A program made the position numbers and the translations under genes. This document shows positions 1 through 8,601 of a stretch of 64,000 bases of DNA, one piece after another. The notes beneath the pieces are model-generated. The model did not search any database, was not told the origin of the DNA, and saw nothing but the letters and a program-made list of their open reading frames with translations. The first letter of the stretch is position 1. Each line of letters starts with the position of its first letter. Origin of the DNA: Actinomycetota bacterium (GTDB lineage Bacteria; Actinomycetota; Actinomycetes; Actinomycetales; Microbacteriaceae); assembly GCA_020160915.1 (NCBI GenBank), contig JAIUPK010000001.1, forward strand, positions 153,645-217,644, given 5' to 3'.

Positions 1-1021
1 CGTGAGTGGACTCGGCGACACCCGGCCCGCCGGCGACGTGCCGTCGAGCAGCGGAGACGAGGTCACCGAGAACTGCCGATGCGGTCTGGATTCCTCCGGC
101 ACCGGCGCCGTAGAACATGAGCGAGCCCGCTGCCTCGGCTTCGACGAACACGGCGTTGTTCGCGCCATGCACCGCCGCGAGCGGGTGGTCGAGGGGCACG
201 AGAGCCGGATGCACCCGGGCGCTGACGCCCTCGACGCCGGTCGCGGCATCCGTGAGTCGCTCGCAGATTGCGAGGAGCTTGACGACGTAACCGGCCTTGC
301 GGGCCGCGTGCACCTGCTCGCGGATGACCGACGTGATTCCCTCGCGGTGCACCGCATCGAGGGGCACGGTGGTGTGGAAGGCGAGGCTCGCGAGGATCGA
401 GGCCTTCTGCGCGGCGTCAAAGCCCTCGATGTCGGCGGTGGGGTCAGCCTCCGCGTAACCGAGGCGGGTCGCCTCGGCGAGAGCCTCGTCGAAATCGTCG
501 CCCCAGGTGTCCATGCGGTCGAGGATGTAGTTGGTCGTGCCGTTGACGATTCCGAGGATGCGCTTGACCCGATCCCCCGCGAGGCTGTCACGCAGCGGGC
601 GGATGATGGGGATCGCTCCCCCGACGGCCGCCTCGTAGTACAGCTGGGCGCCGACCTGCTCGGCCGCCTCGAACAGCTCGGGACCGTGGTTGGCGAGCAC
701 GGCCTTGTTGGCGGTGATCACGTCTGCGCCGCTGTGCAGCGCCTGGAGGATGTAGGTGCGCGCCGGCTCGATGCCGCCGATCAGCTCGACCACGATGTCG
801 GCGCCGAGGATGAGCGACTCGGCATCCGTGGTGATCAGTTCGGCGGGGATCACGGCGTCGCGCGTCGCCTTCGGGTCGCGCACGGCCACGCCGACGAGCT
901 CGAGGCCGGCACCGGCCCGGGCGGCCAACTCGGCGCCGTGCTCGAGCAGCAGGGATGCGACCTGCGAGCCGACGCTGCCGCCACCGAGGATGGCGACGCG
1001 GAGGTTGCGGTATTCGATCAT
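1..1021 (-). CDS. hom: Homoserine dehydrogenase (runs off the left edge of the window)
   Basis: Manual translation from ATG 1021: MIEYRNLRVAILGGGSVGSQVASLLLEHGAELAARAGAGLELVGVAVRD (Rossmann GxGxxG). ATGA overlap with the lysA stop; argS-lysA-hom order is typical of actinobacteria. Not in the ORF track because there is no stop in the window. Confidence 0.93.
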   Translation of the reverse strand, partial: MIEYRNLRVAILGGGSVGSQVASLLLEHGAELAARAGAGLELVGVAVRDPKATRDAVIPAELITTDAESLILGADIVVELIGGIEPARTYILQALHSGADVITANKAVLANHGPELFEAAEQVGAQLYYEAAVGGAIPIIRPLRDSLAGDRVKRILGIVNGTTNYILDRMDTWGDDFDEALAEATRLGYAEADPTADIEGFDAAQKASILASLAFHTTVPLDAVHREGITSVIREQVHAARKAGYVVKLLAICERLTDAATGVEGVSARVHPALVPLDHPLAAVHGANNAVFVEAEAAGSLMFYGAGAGGIQTASAVLGDLVSAARRHVAGGPGVAESTH

Positions 1022-2436
1022 GGGGTCACTCCAACATCACGGGACAGAAGGTCGGCCTCGGTCTCGCCGCGCACGATCAGGCGAGCAGCACCGTCGAGCA
1101 CGGCGACCACGGGCGGGCGGGTCAGGTAGTTGTAGTTGCTCGCCATCGCCCAGCCGTAGGCGCCGGTCGCAGGGATCGCGAGCAGGTCGCCCGGCTCGAC
1201 GTCGCCGGGCAGGTAGTCGGCGTGCACGAGGATGTCGCCCGACTCGCAGTGCTTGCCCGCGACCCGCACGAGGGCAGGGGACGCTGTGCTGGTGCGGTTG
1301 GCGAGGCGAGCCGAATAGTTGGCGGCGTAGAGGGCCGGTCGGATGTTGTCGCTCATGCCGCCGTCGACGCTGACGTACTTGCGGGTGGCGGTGGTCTCGA
1401 CAGGCTCGACCACCGACACGAGCACGTCCTTGATGGTGCCCACCGTGTAGAGCGTCGTCGTCGACGGACCGATCACGGCGCGACCCGGCTCGATCGCCAC
1501 GATCGGCACGGGGATGCCGAGCTGGGCGGCACCCTGCGAGACGATGTCGGCGAAGCGCCGCGCGATCTCATCGATGTCGAGCGGGTCGTCGACGCTCGTG
1601 TAGGCGATGCCGAAGCCGCCGCCGAGGTTCAGCTCGGGAACCGGGCCGTCCTTCAGCAGTTCGGCGTGCAGCGCAAAGAGGCGGTGGGCGGCCTCCGCGA
1701 AGCCGTCCGACTCGAAGATCTGCGAACCGATGTGCGAGTGCAGACCGAGGAAGGCCAGCGACGGCTGGGCGCGGATGAGTGCTACTGCCGCCGCGGCATC
1801 CGCTAGAGGAATACCGAACTTCTGGTCCTCGCGGGCCGTCGCCAGGTATTCGTGGGTTGATGCGTGAACCCCGCTGTTGATGCGCAGGCGCACCGGCTGG
1901 GTTCGACCGTGCCGTGAGGCTGCTGTGGCGACGCGCTCGATCTCGACGACGCTGTCGATCACGATGGCACCGACGCCCGCACCCACGGCACGGTCGATCT
2001 CGGAAAGACTCTTGTTGTTGCCGTGCAGCCCCAGGCGTGCCGGGTCGACGCCCGCGGCGAGCGCGACCGCCATCTCGCCGCCGCTCGCGACGTCGATGTT
2101 GAGGCCAGCCTCGGTGACCCAGCGCGCGACCTCGGTGCACAGGAACGCCTTGCCCGCGTAGTAGACCTTGGCGCTGCTGCCGACCCGCGCGAACTCGCGG
2201 TCGAACGATTCGCGGATGCCGCGGGCGCGACCCCGGGCGTCGGCTTCGTCCACCACGTACACGGGCGTACCGAACTCGGCCACGAGCGCTGAGGCGGACA
2301 CCCCCGCGATCTCGAGCTCGCCGACCGCGGAGCGCCGCGCATTGCGCGACCACACCGACGCGGGCAGCGCGTTGGCATCGGCGGGCTCGACGAGCCACGC
2401 GGGTGCGAGGGGGGTGGATGACACGGCAGACCTCAC
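1018..2436 (-). CDS. lysA: Diaminopimelate decarboxylase
   Basis: YAGKAF (PLP lysine), HSHIGSQ, LNLGGG, EPGR, GKHCESGD and GAYG motifs. Exact start uncertain. Confidence 0.96.
   Translation of the reverse strand: MRSAVSSTPLAPAWLVEPADANALPASVWSRNARRSAVGELEIAGVSASALVAEFGTPVYVVDEADARGRARGIRESFDREFARVGSSAKVYYAGKAFLCTEVARWVTEAGLNIDVASGGEMAVALAAGVDPARLGLHGNNKSLSEIDRAVGAGVGAIVIDSVVEIERVATAASRHGRTQPVRLRINSGVHASTHEYLATAREDQKFGIPLADAAAAVALIRAQPSLAFLGLHSHIGSQIFESDGFAEAAHRLFALHAELLKDGPVPELNLGGGFGIAYTSVDDPLDIDEIARRFADIVSQGAAQLGIPVPIVAIEPGRAVIGPSTTTLYTVGTIKDVLVSVVEPVETTATRKYVSVDGGMSDNIRPALYAANYSARLANRTSTASPALVRVAGKHCESGDILVHADYLPGDVEPGDLLAIPATGAYGWAMASNYNYLTRPPVVAVLDGAARLIVRGETEADLLSRDVGVTP
1393..1414 (-). 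repeat. REP-like 22-mer GGTGGTCGAGCCTGTCGAGACC inside lysA, encoding VVEPVET
   Basis: 20/22 identical to the intergenic unit at 48557-48578. Confidence 0.6.
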
Positions 2437-2507
2437 GAGGTTGTTTCTAGGTGAGGCGAGCGAACCCGGATTGGTCCCTGAAGCCGAGTAAATACTAGCG
2501 GTAGGCG

Positions 2508-3386
2508 CTACTTCTGCTTGCAGACCCCGAGCTCGGACAGCCCCGGACCGCTGAGTGCGGTGCCGTCGCCGTTGATCGCGATCACCAGGTTCGAGCCGAC
2601 GACGTCGACATCGGTGATCGTCAGAGCCTTCGGCAGGCTGGATGCTACGCAGAAGTCCTGCGACTGAAGGAACTGCCCCGCAATCCCCGCGAACTCCGGG
2701 CTCGCGCGCAGGTCGGCCACCGAGATGTCCTCGCCAGCCAGCGTGATCGTCTCCGGGTCGAAGCTGATGCCGCCATCGACGGCGGAGGGAACGAGGTCGA
2801 CCGACACCGGGATCACGAAGAAGCCGAGAACGTTGAACTCGGTGCTCGCGGTGATGACGCCCTCACCCAGTTCGATGGTCTTGAGCTCGATGCCGCTCAT
2901 GAAGCTCGCGAGCTTGCGTACGTTGGCCTCCGAGACCGTGGCGACGATTCCGAGCTTGTCGACCGGCTGCGCACCATCGAGGGGAACCCCGGCGGCGGTG
3001 ATCACGGCAGAACCCGTGATGTCGCCGAAGGAGAGCTCGGCGACATCCACGGTGACCTCATCGATCGAACCGCGCAGGGCCTGGAGGATGACGGAGCCGC
3101 CTCCCAGGTCGACGTCCACCTTCGTGGTCGGGTCGAGCTTCAGGACCTGGATGATCTGGTCGCGCACGTAGCCCTTGGCGTAGTCCTTCGCGTAGGCGTC
3201 GGCCACGAAGAAGCCCGCGACCAGCAGGACGACGAGCACCACGAGGGCGATGACCCAGCCGATCCAGCGGCGGCGCTTGCGGGGCGGCGCGGGAGCGGTC
3301 GCGACAGGCGTCGAGGGGAGCACTTCGGTGGAGGTCTCGATGGGCTCGACCGCCGGTGGCGCCACAGGTTCGATGGGCTCGGCCAT
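2508..3386 (-). CDS. DUF2993 / LmeA-like membrane-anchored protein
   Basis: Pro/Glu-rich N-terminus, RKRRR followed by one TM helix, then a beta-rich extracellular domain; sits between argS and lysA. Confidence 0.7.
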   Translation of the reverse strand: MAEPIEPVAPPAVEPIETSTEVLPSTPVATAPAPPRKRRRWIGWVIALVVLVVLLVAGFFVADAYAKDYAKGYVRDQIIQVLKLDPTTKVDVDLGGGSVILQALRGSIDEVTVDVAELSFGDITGSAVITAAGVPLDGAQPVDKLGIVATVSEANVRKLASFMSGIELKTIELGEGVITASTEFNVLGFFVIPVSVDLVPSAVDGGISFDPETITLAGEDISVADLRASPEFAGIAGQFLQSQDFCVASSLPKALTITDVDVVGSNLVIAINGDGTALSGPGLSELGVCKQK

Positions 3387-3388
3387 GG

Positions 3389-5047
3389 CTACATCCTCTC
3401 CGGGGCGCTGACGCCCAGCAGACCGAGGCCGTTGCGCAGCACCTGGCCGACCGCATCATTGAGCCACAGTCGGGTGCGGTGCACGTCGCCGACCGGCTCG
3501 TCACCGACCGGGGTGACCCGGCAGCTGTCGTACCAACGGTGGTAGGCGCCGGCCAGCTCCTCGGCGTAGCGGGCGACCCGGTGCGGCTCCCGCAATTCGG
3601 CGGCCTGGCGCAGCAGCCGCGGGTACTCGGCGAGGATGCCCAGCAGGATGCTCTCGGTCTCGTGATCGAGCAGACTCGCGTCGAACGCACTGCGCTCGAC
3701 CCCGGAGCCGGAAGCGTTGCGCGCAACGCTGTGCGTGCGGGCGTGTGCGTACTGCACGTAGAACACGGGGTTGTCGTTGGTCTTCTTGCCCCACAGGTCG
3801 AGGTCGATGTCGACCTGCGAGTCGATGGAGCTGCGCACGAGGGCATAGCGGCCGGCGTCAACTCCGACGGCCTCGACGAGGTCCTCGAGGGTGACGACCG
3901 TGCCCGCGCGTTTGGACATGCGCACGGGTTCGCCGTTGCGCACCAGGTTCACGAGCTGCCCGATGAGGATCTCGAGGTTGACGTACGGTGTGTCGCCGAA
4001 GGCCGCGGTCATCGCCATGAGGCGCTTCACGTAGCCGTGGTGATCGGCGCCGAGCATGATCAGGTTGCGCTCGAAACCGCGCTCGCGCTTGTTGAGGTAG
4101 TAGGCGAGGTCGCCGGACATGTACCCGAACTCGCCGTCGCTCTTGATCAGGACGCGGTCCTTGTCGTCGCCGTAGTCGGTCGACCGGAACCAGGTCGCGC
4201 CGTCGGCCTCATAGATCGCGCCGAGTTCGCGCAGACGGTCGATGGCGTGGTTCACGGCGCCCGACTCGTGCAGCTCGTTCTCGTGGAAGTAGACGTCGAA
4301 CTTGACGCCGAACTCGTGCAGGCTCGCCTTGATGTCGCCGAACATCAGCTCGACGCCGACCGCCCTGAACACCTCCTGCTGCTCGTCGCGCGGGATGTGG
4401 AACAGGTCGCCCGGGTAGAGCGTGAGCACGCGCGCCGCGATGTCGGCGATGTAGTCGCCGCCGTAGCCGTCCTCCGGCGCGGGCTCACCGAGCCAGCTCG
4501 CGAGCAGGCTGCGGGCGAACCGGTCGATCTGCGCGCCGTGGTCATTGAAGTAGTACTCCCGGGTGACGATGCCGCCCTGCGACTGGAAGATGCGCGCGAG
4601 GCTGTCGCCCACCGCGGCCCAGCGAACGCCACCGATGTGGATCGGCCCGGTCGGGTTCGCCGACACGAACTCGAGGTTGATGGTGACGCCGCGGTAGAGA
4701 TCGCCGAGCCCGTAGGCGTCGGCCTGCTCCACTATGGTCTTGGCCAGGGCGCCGGCTGCGGCGGCATCCAGAGTGATGTTGATGAAGCCGGGGCCGGCCA
4801 CGTCGACGGATGCCACGCCCTCAAGCTCGGCGGCGGCGTCGGCGATCTCCTGCGCAAGCTCGCGGGGGTTCGCCCCGAGCGACTTGGCGAGCTTCATGGC
4901 GATGTTGGAGGCCCAGTCGCCGTGGTCGCGATTGCGCGGACGCTCGAGGGCGACGTCGTCGACAGTGAGCTCCGCAGTGCCGCCGCGGCGCACCACGATG
5001 CCCGTGACGACGGTGAGCAGGGCGGCGGAGAGATCGGCGGGATTCAC
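3389..5047 (-). CDS. argS: Arginine--tRNA ligase
   Basis: [23 protein letters not shown] (HIGH-like), [22 protein letters not shown]. Start placed at GTG 5047. Confidence 0.97.
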   Translation of the reverse strand: MNPADLSAALLTVVTGIVVRRGGTAELTVDDVALERPRNRDHGDWASNIAMKLAKSLGANPRELAQEIADAAAELEGVASVDVAGPGFINITLDAAAAGALAKTIVEQADAYGLGDLYRGVTINLEFVSANPTGPIHIGGVRWAAVGDSLARIFQSQGGIVTREYYFNDHGAQIDRFARSLLASWLGEPAPEDGYGGDYIADIAARVLTLYPGDLFHIPRDEQQEVFRAVGVELMFGDIKASLHEFGVKFDVYFHENELHESGAVNHAIDRLRELGAIYEADGATWFRSTDYGDDKDRVLIKSDGEFGYMSGDLAYYLNKRERGFERNLIMLGADHHGYVKRLMAMTAAFGDTPYVNLEILIGQLVNLVRNGEPVRMSKRAGTVVTLEDLVEAVGVDAGRYALVRSSIDSQVDIDLDLWGKKTNDNPVFYVQYAHARTHSVARNASGSGVERSAFDASLLDHETESILLGILAEYPRLLRQAAELREPHRVARYAEELAGAYHRWYDSCRVTPVGDEPVGDVHRTRLWLNDAVGQVLRNGLGLLGVSAPERM

Positions 5048-5178
5048 GAGGCTCAAGCTTAGCCGGGGCGCCTCCGGCCGAATCCGACCGTCAACTTGGG
5101 CGCCCGAATGGATGCCCGAAATGCCGACGCGCGCGCTTTGGCAGCACACTCACACGCAACCGTGGTGAGGATAGGATC

Positions 5179-5760
5179 ATGCGCACTCGTCGAACCCTTG
5201 TGGCCATCCTCCCCCTCAGCCTGCTGCTGCTCACCGCATGCGTGCCGACCGAGCAGGCCACGCCCAGCGCAAGCGCGACCCCGTCGTCGTCGGCGAGCGG
5301 CAGCGCGACACCGAGTGCGACTCCCACGGCGAGCTCGGCTCCCTCGACGCCCGTGACCATCGGATGCGACTCGCTCATCTCGCTGCAGGAGATGTACGAC
5401 TTCAACCCGAACTTCAGCGCGAAGGCCGACTACTCCCCCGCCGCGGGATCGCTCGGCGCCGAAGCCCTCGACCACAAGGGCATCGCCTGCGCCTGGGTCA
5501 ACCAGACCAGTGGCGAGCTGATCGAGATCTCCGTGGCCAACCCCGGCGACACCGTGTTGACGGCGAAGAAGAACGAGCTGGTGACCACCAGCAACCCCGT
5601 GCCCACCTACGAGGTCGAGGGCTACTTCATCGTCGACAACGGGGTGGGCACCGCGCAGGCGTTCGATGACCCCTACTGGATCGTAGGGACCTCGTCGCTG
5701 TTCTTCGAGCCCGGGGATGTCGCGCCGCTCATGGCCGCGGCCATCGCCAACCTCGGCTAG
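5179..5760 (+). CDS. Hypothetical lipoprotein (S/T/P/A linker plus a two-Cys domain)
   Basis: Lipobox LLTAC, low-complexity linker, GCDSL...IACAW. Confidence 0.8.
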   Translation: MRTRRTLVAILPLSLLLLTACVPTEQATPSASATPSSSASGSATPSATPTASSAPSTPVTIGCDSLISLQEMYDFNPNFSAKADYSPAAGSLGAEALDHKGIACAWVNQTSGELIEISVANPGDTVLTAKKNELVTTSNPVPTYEVEGYFIVDNGVGTAQAFDDPYWIVGTSSLFFEPGDVAPLMAAAIANLG

Positions 5761-6555
5761 CTAGCCGAGCTGCACGAGCTGAGTGCCGTCGTCGGACGGC
5801 AGCTCATCGACGATCGCGAGCACCTCCATGCGAGTCAGGGACAGGTCGGCCCAGTGGTTCGTGAGGAAGGCGATGTCCGCCGCGTCACGGCCCGTTGAGA
5901 TGCGCAGCATGCTCTGACGGGGTGCGAGGCGCGTGGCATCCACGGTCCACCAGGCGCCGTCGACCCAGGCCTCGGCCACCGCATGGAAGTCCATCGGCGA
6001 CAGGCCCGGCGCGTAGACGGCGACCATGCGGGCGGGCACGTCGAGCGCCCGGAGCAGGGCGATGACGAGGTGGGCGTAGTCGCGGCAGACGCCTCGGCGG
6101 GCGAGCAGGGTCTGCTCGGCGCCATCGGTCGGAAGGCTGGAACCCGGCACGTAGCGCAGCCGCTCCCAGACCCAGAGCGTGACCGCCGAAAGGAGGTCGT
6201 GGCCGCTGAGACCAGCGAACTCGCTGCGGGCCGTGGGAGTGAGCGAGTCGGACTCGCAGTAGCGGCTGGGTCGCAGGTAGGTGACGAGGTCGAGGTCGTT
6301 GGCGACCAAGGGGTTGGCTCGACCGACCACCTCGGCCGAGTACTCGACCACCATGGTTCCCGCATCGCTGATGAGTTGGTGCAGGCGGGTTCCGTGGTCG
6401 TCGACCAGCTCGGTTGCCTTCAGCGGCACACCGTCGAGCACGAACGAGAGGCTCTCCTTGCCGAAATAGGAATCCCGGGCCGCCGCGATACTGAAGACCA
6501 TGTTGGTGCGTCCGTCGATCGCGAGGTCGAGGCGAGTGGTGACGGTGCGCAGCAT
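5761..6555 (-). CDS. Transglutaminase-like family protein
   Basis: GVCRDYAH, DFHAVAE and VDAT catalytic-triad motifs. Confidence 0.9.
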   Translation of the reverse strand: MLRTVTTRLDLAIDGRTNMVFSIAAARDSYFGKESLSFVLDGVPLKATELVDDHGTRLHQLISDAGTMVVEYSAEVVGRANPLVANDLDLVTYLRPSRYCESDSLTPTARSEFAGLSGHDLLSAVTLWVWERLRYVPGSSLPTDGAEQTLLARRGVCRDYAHLVIALLRALDVPARMVAVYAPGLSPMDFHAVAEAWVDGAWWTVDATRLAPRQSMLRISTGRDAADIAFLTNHWADLSLTRMEVLAIVDELPSDDGTQLVQLG

Positions 6556-6618
6556 CCCTCGATCCTGTCACGCCGCGCGCGGCGCTGCGGCGCTGATACT
6601 CTGTTAGCTGCACTCCTG

Positions 6619-6690
6619 GCCCCCATAGCTCAGGGGATAGAGCACTGCCCTCCGGAGGCAGGGGCGCAGGTTCGAATCCTGCTGGGGGCA
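6619..6690 (+). tRNA. tRNA-Arg (CCG)
   Basis: Acceptor stem GCCCCCA/TGGGGGC; anticodon stem CTGCC/GGCAG with loop CTCCGGA (CCG at 6652-6654); T-loop GGTTCGAATCC; CCA not encoded. Confidence 0.97.
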
Positions 6691-6691
6691 C

Positions 6692-6735
6692 AGATGAGGA
6701 AAGGGTCTCGCCATGGCGGGGCCCTTTCCTCATCT
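6692..6735 (+). terminator. Hairpin after tRNA-Arg
   Basis: AGATGAGGAAAGGG...CCCTTTCCTCATCT inverted repeat. Confidence 0.75.
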
Positions 6736-6826
6736 CCGGCTCCGGCAGATTGAGAAGCCGCTCGTGGGCCCACAGCCGCCGGTTCCGGCGCGCGGCGCAG
6801 CCGCGTGACGGCCGTGCGCTGGGGAG

Positions 6827-6902
6827 TCGAATCCTGCTGGGGGCACTGGAACGAGTGAAGGGTCTCACCGGCACGGGGCCCCTTCCTCGTCTCCGGGTCC
6901 GG
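6827..6902 (+). repeat. Second copy of the tRNA 3' end plus terminator (attR-like)
   Basis: TCGAATCCTGCTGGGGGCAC identical to 6672-6691 (20/20); the following hairpin region is about 40/50 identical to 6696-6745. Confidence 0.9.
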
Positions 6903-6915
6903 TTGATAGCGTGTC

Positions 6916-7389
6916 GTGATGCAGCTGACGCGAAGTTTCACGCCGAAGCAGTACGCGGATGGTCTTGAATCGTGGGGGTTCCTGAATTTCAAGGGGAAGT
7001 CACCGCTGTTCGCCTCCGTCTTCGGCGACGTGTTCTTTGGCGCGCGGAATGGCATCTGGTTCCTGGACGCATTCGGCGGAACGCTCGTTCGGATCTGCAG
7101 GAAGGAAGTCGACCTGCAGACACTTCTCGATAGTCCTGAAGGGCAGGAGAAGTACCTGTTGGCCGGATTGGTTCACGCTGCCGACGTTGCAGGCATCCGT
7201 CCGGTGGGTGATCAAGTTCTGGACTTCACGATTGATCCAGTTTTCGGTGGCCCAATCGAGGTGAGCAACCTGTCGGTGATGGACTTCGTCGTCAAGCTGA
7301 ACCTCGCGGGTCAGATTCGGGGCCAGATTCGGAAGATGAAACCAGGCGCGACGATCTCACACATCACGGTAGACGGCGAGCGGTTGTAA
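6916..7389 (+). CDS. DUF1851 / Tdi1-like putative immunity protein (start may be ATG 6919)
   Basis: Lower GC than the flanks. PLFASVFGDVFF...WFLD...DFTIDPVFGG...MDFVV resembles the DUF1851 family from memory; not searched. Confidence 0.55.
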   Translation: MMQLTRSFTPKQYADGLESWGFLNFKGKSPLFASVFGDVFFGARNGIWFLDAFGGTLVRICRKEVDLQTLLDSPEGQEKYLLAGLVHAADVAGIRPVGDQVLDFTIDPVFGGPIEVSNLSVMDFVVKLNLAGQIRGQIRKMKPGATISHITVDGERL

Positions 7390-7401
7390 CGCCTTCGCCT
7401 G

Positions 7402-7462
7402 CGCGAGTTGCCCACTTTCGTTGCCCGGATGGCGGGCGAAGGACGGAAGTGGGCAACTCGCG
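7402..7462. repeat. Long inverted repeat (REP-like or terminator)
   Basis: CGCGAGTTGCCCACTTTCGT (7402-7421) pairs with ACGGAAGTGGGCAACTCGCG (7443-7462), 19/20. Confidence 0.8.
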
Positions 7463-7466
7463 AGCT

Positions 7467-7484
7467 GAATCCTGCTGGGGGCAC
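7467..7484 (+). repeat. Third copy of the tRNA-Arg 3' end (attR-like)
   Basis: GAATCCTGCTGGGGGCAC, 18/18 identical to the tRNA 3' end; followed by hairpin 7494-7550 (TGAGGGGCG...CGCCCCTCA). Confidence 0.88.
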
Positions 7485-7564
7485 TGAATGCCGTGAGGGG
7501 CGCCCCGTTGCTCCTGCGGACATGCCGCAAGCGCAATAGGACGCCCCTCAGGGTGCCGCTGTGT

Positions 7565-7924
7565 CTAGGACGCGGACTTGCTCCCGAAGCGCTCACGCAG
7601 GAACGGGATGATCAGGATGACGCCCATCACGATCGCCGCGATTCCGCCCAACTGGCGCAGTACCGCTAGGTCGAGGAGACCGAATCCACGAATGAAGGCA
7701 TAGGCGGCCAGCAGGATGAGCACGATCGCGAGGGTGCGCGCCTGACCCGTGGTCACCCCCGACCAGAGGTAGATCGCCAGCACGAGTGAGATCGAGCCGA
7801 CGAAGACGCCGTCGGCGATAGCGGGGGTCGTGGCGCCGAACACCAGGAAGAGTCCGACCACGATCGCCGCGATGGAGACGACGAGCTTGACGACGGCGCC
7901 GGTGGAGTTCTTGCTCTCGGCCAT
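7565..7924 (-). CDS. Small hypothetical membrane protein (about 4 TM)
   Basis: Hydrophobic 119-aa ORF, 2 bp downstream of the DUF308 gene. Confidence 0.8.
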   Translation of the reverse strand: MAESKNSTGAVVKLVVSIAAIVVGLFLVFGATTPAIADGVFVGSISLVLAIYLWSGVTTGQARTLAIVLILLAAYAFIRGFGLLDLAVLRQLGGIAAIVMGVILIIPFLRERFGSKSAS

Positions 7925-7926
7925 GA

Positions 7927-8490
7927 TCAGGCCTTCGCCTTCTTGACCGCCCGACCGACTGCGAACAGCAGCACGAAGTCGAGGATCGCCACGATGATCA
8001 GCACGATGCCGAAGAAGACCGCGTAGGCGGTGGTTGCGGCCGGGGCGAACAGCACGACGACCACACCGGCCAGGGCGATGAGCATTCCGATGAGGATCGA
8101 GACGCCGTCACCGTGCCCACGAGCGGTGTCGACCAGCGTCGCGATGCCCTCGAAGATCCACGAGATGCCGACGAGCAGCACGATGAACACGGCGGTCTCG
8201 AAGGGGTTCTTGATGACGATCACGCCGGCCGCGAGGATCAGCGCACCGATGATGAAGTTGGCAGCCTTGCCGCCGCCGTTGAGGTCCTTGTCGACGAATC
8301 CTTGGATGACGCGCACGACGCCGAGGATCACGAAGTAGATGCCCAGGAGGATCGCGAGGATGCTCACTGTGGCCTGCGGCCACACCAGCACGAGGATGCC
8401 GATGATGAGCGCGGCCGCGGCGCGAATCGCCCAGACGGTGCGCGACTGACGGAACAGTCCGACGAGCTGGTTCTCGGTGGTTGTTGACAT
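7927..8490 (-). CDS. HdeD/DUF308 family membrane protein
   Basis: Two repeats of GILVLVWP / GVIVIKNP plus helix; start placed at ATG 8490. Confidence 0.85.
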   Translation of the reverse strand: MSTTTENQLVGLFRQSRTVWAIRAAAALIIGILVLVWPQATVSILAILLGIYFVILGVVRVIQGFVDKDLNGGGKAANFIIGALILAAGVIVIKNPFETAVFIVLLVGISWIFEGIATLVDTARGHGDGVSILIGMLIALAGVVVVLFAPAATTAYAVFFGIVLIIVAILDFVLLFAVGRAVKKAKA

Positions 8491-8601
8491 GGGTTGGGTC
8501 ACTCTCCTGATCAGTCGCCGACATCGTTGCCGGACGTCACGCACAGGCTACAACCGTGAACACCTCTCGGCACAGCACCGCTCCGCTGCTACTCTGACGC
8601 C

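Noticed and set aside
6672-7484. Three direct repeats as a CRISPR array
   Set aside because: The repeat is the tRNA 3' end, the periods (155 and 638 bp) are irregular, and there are no cas genes.
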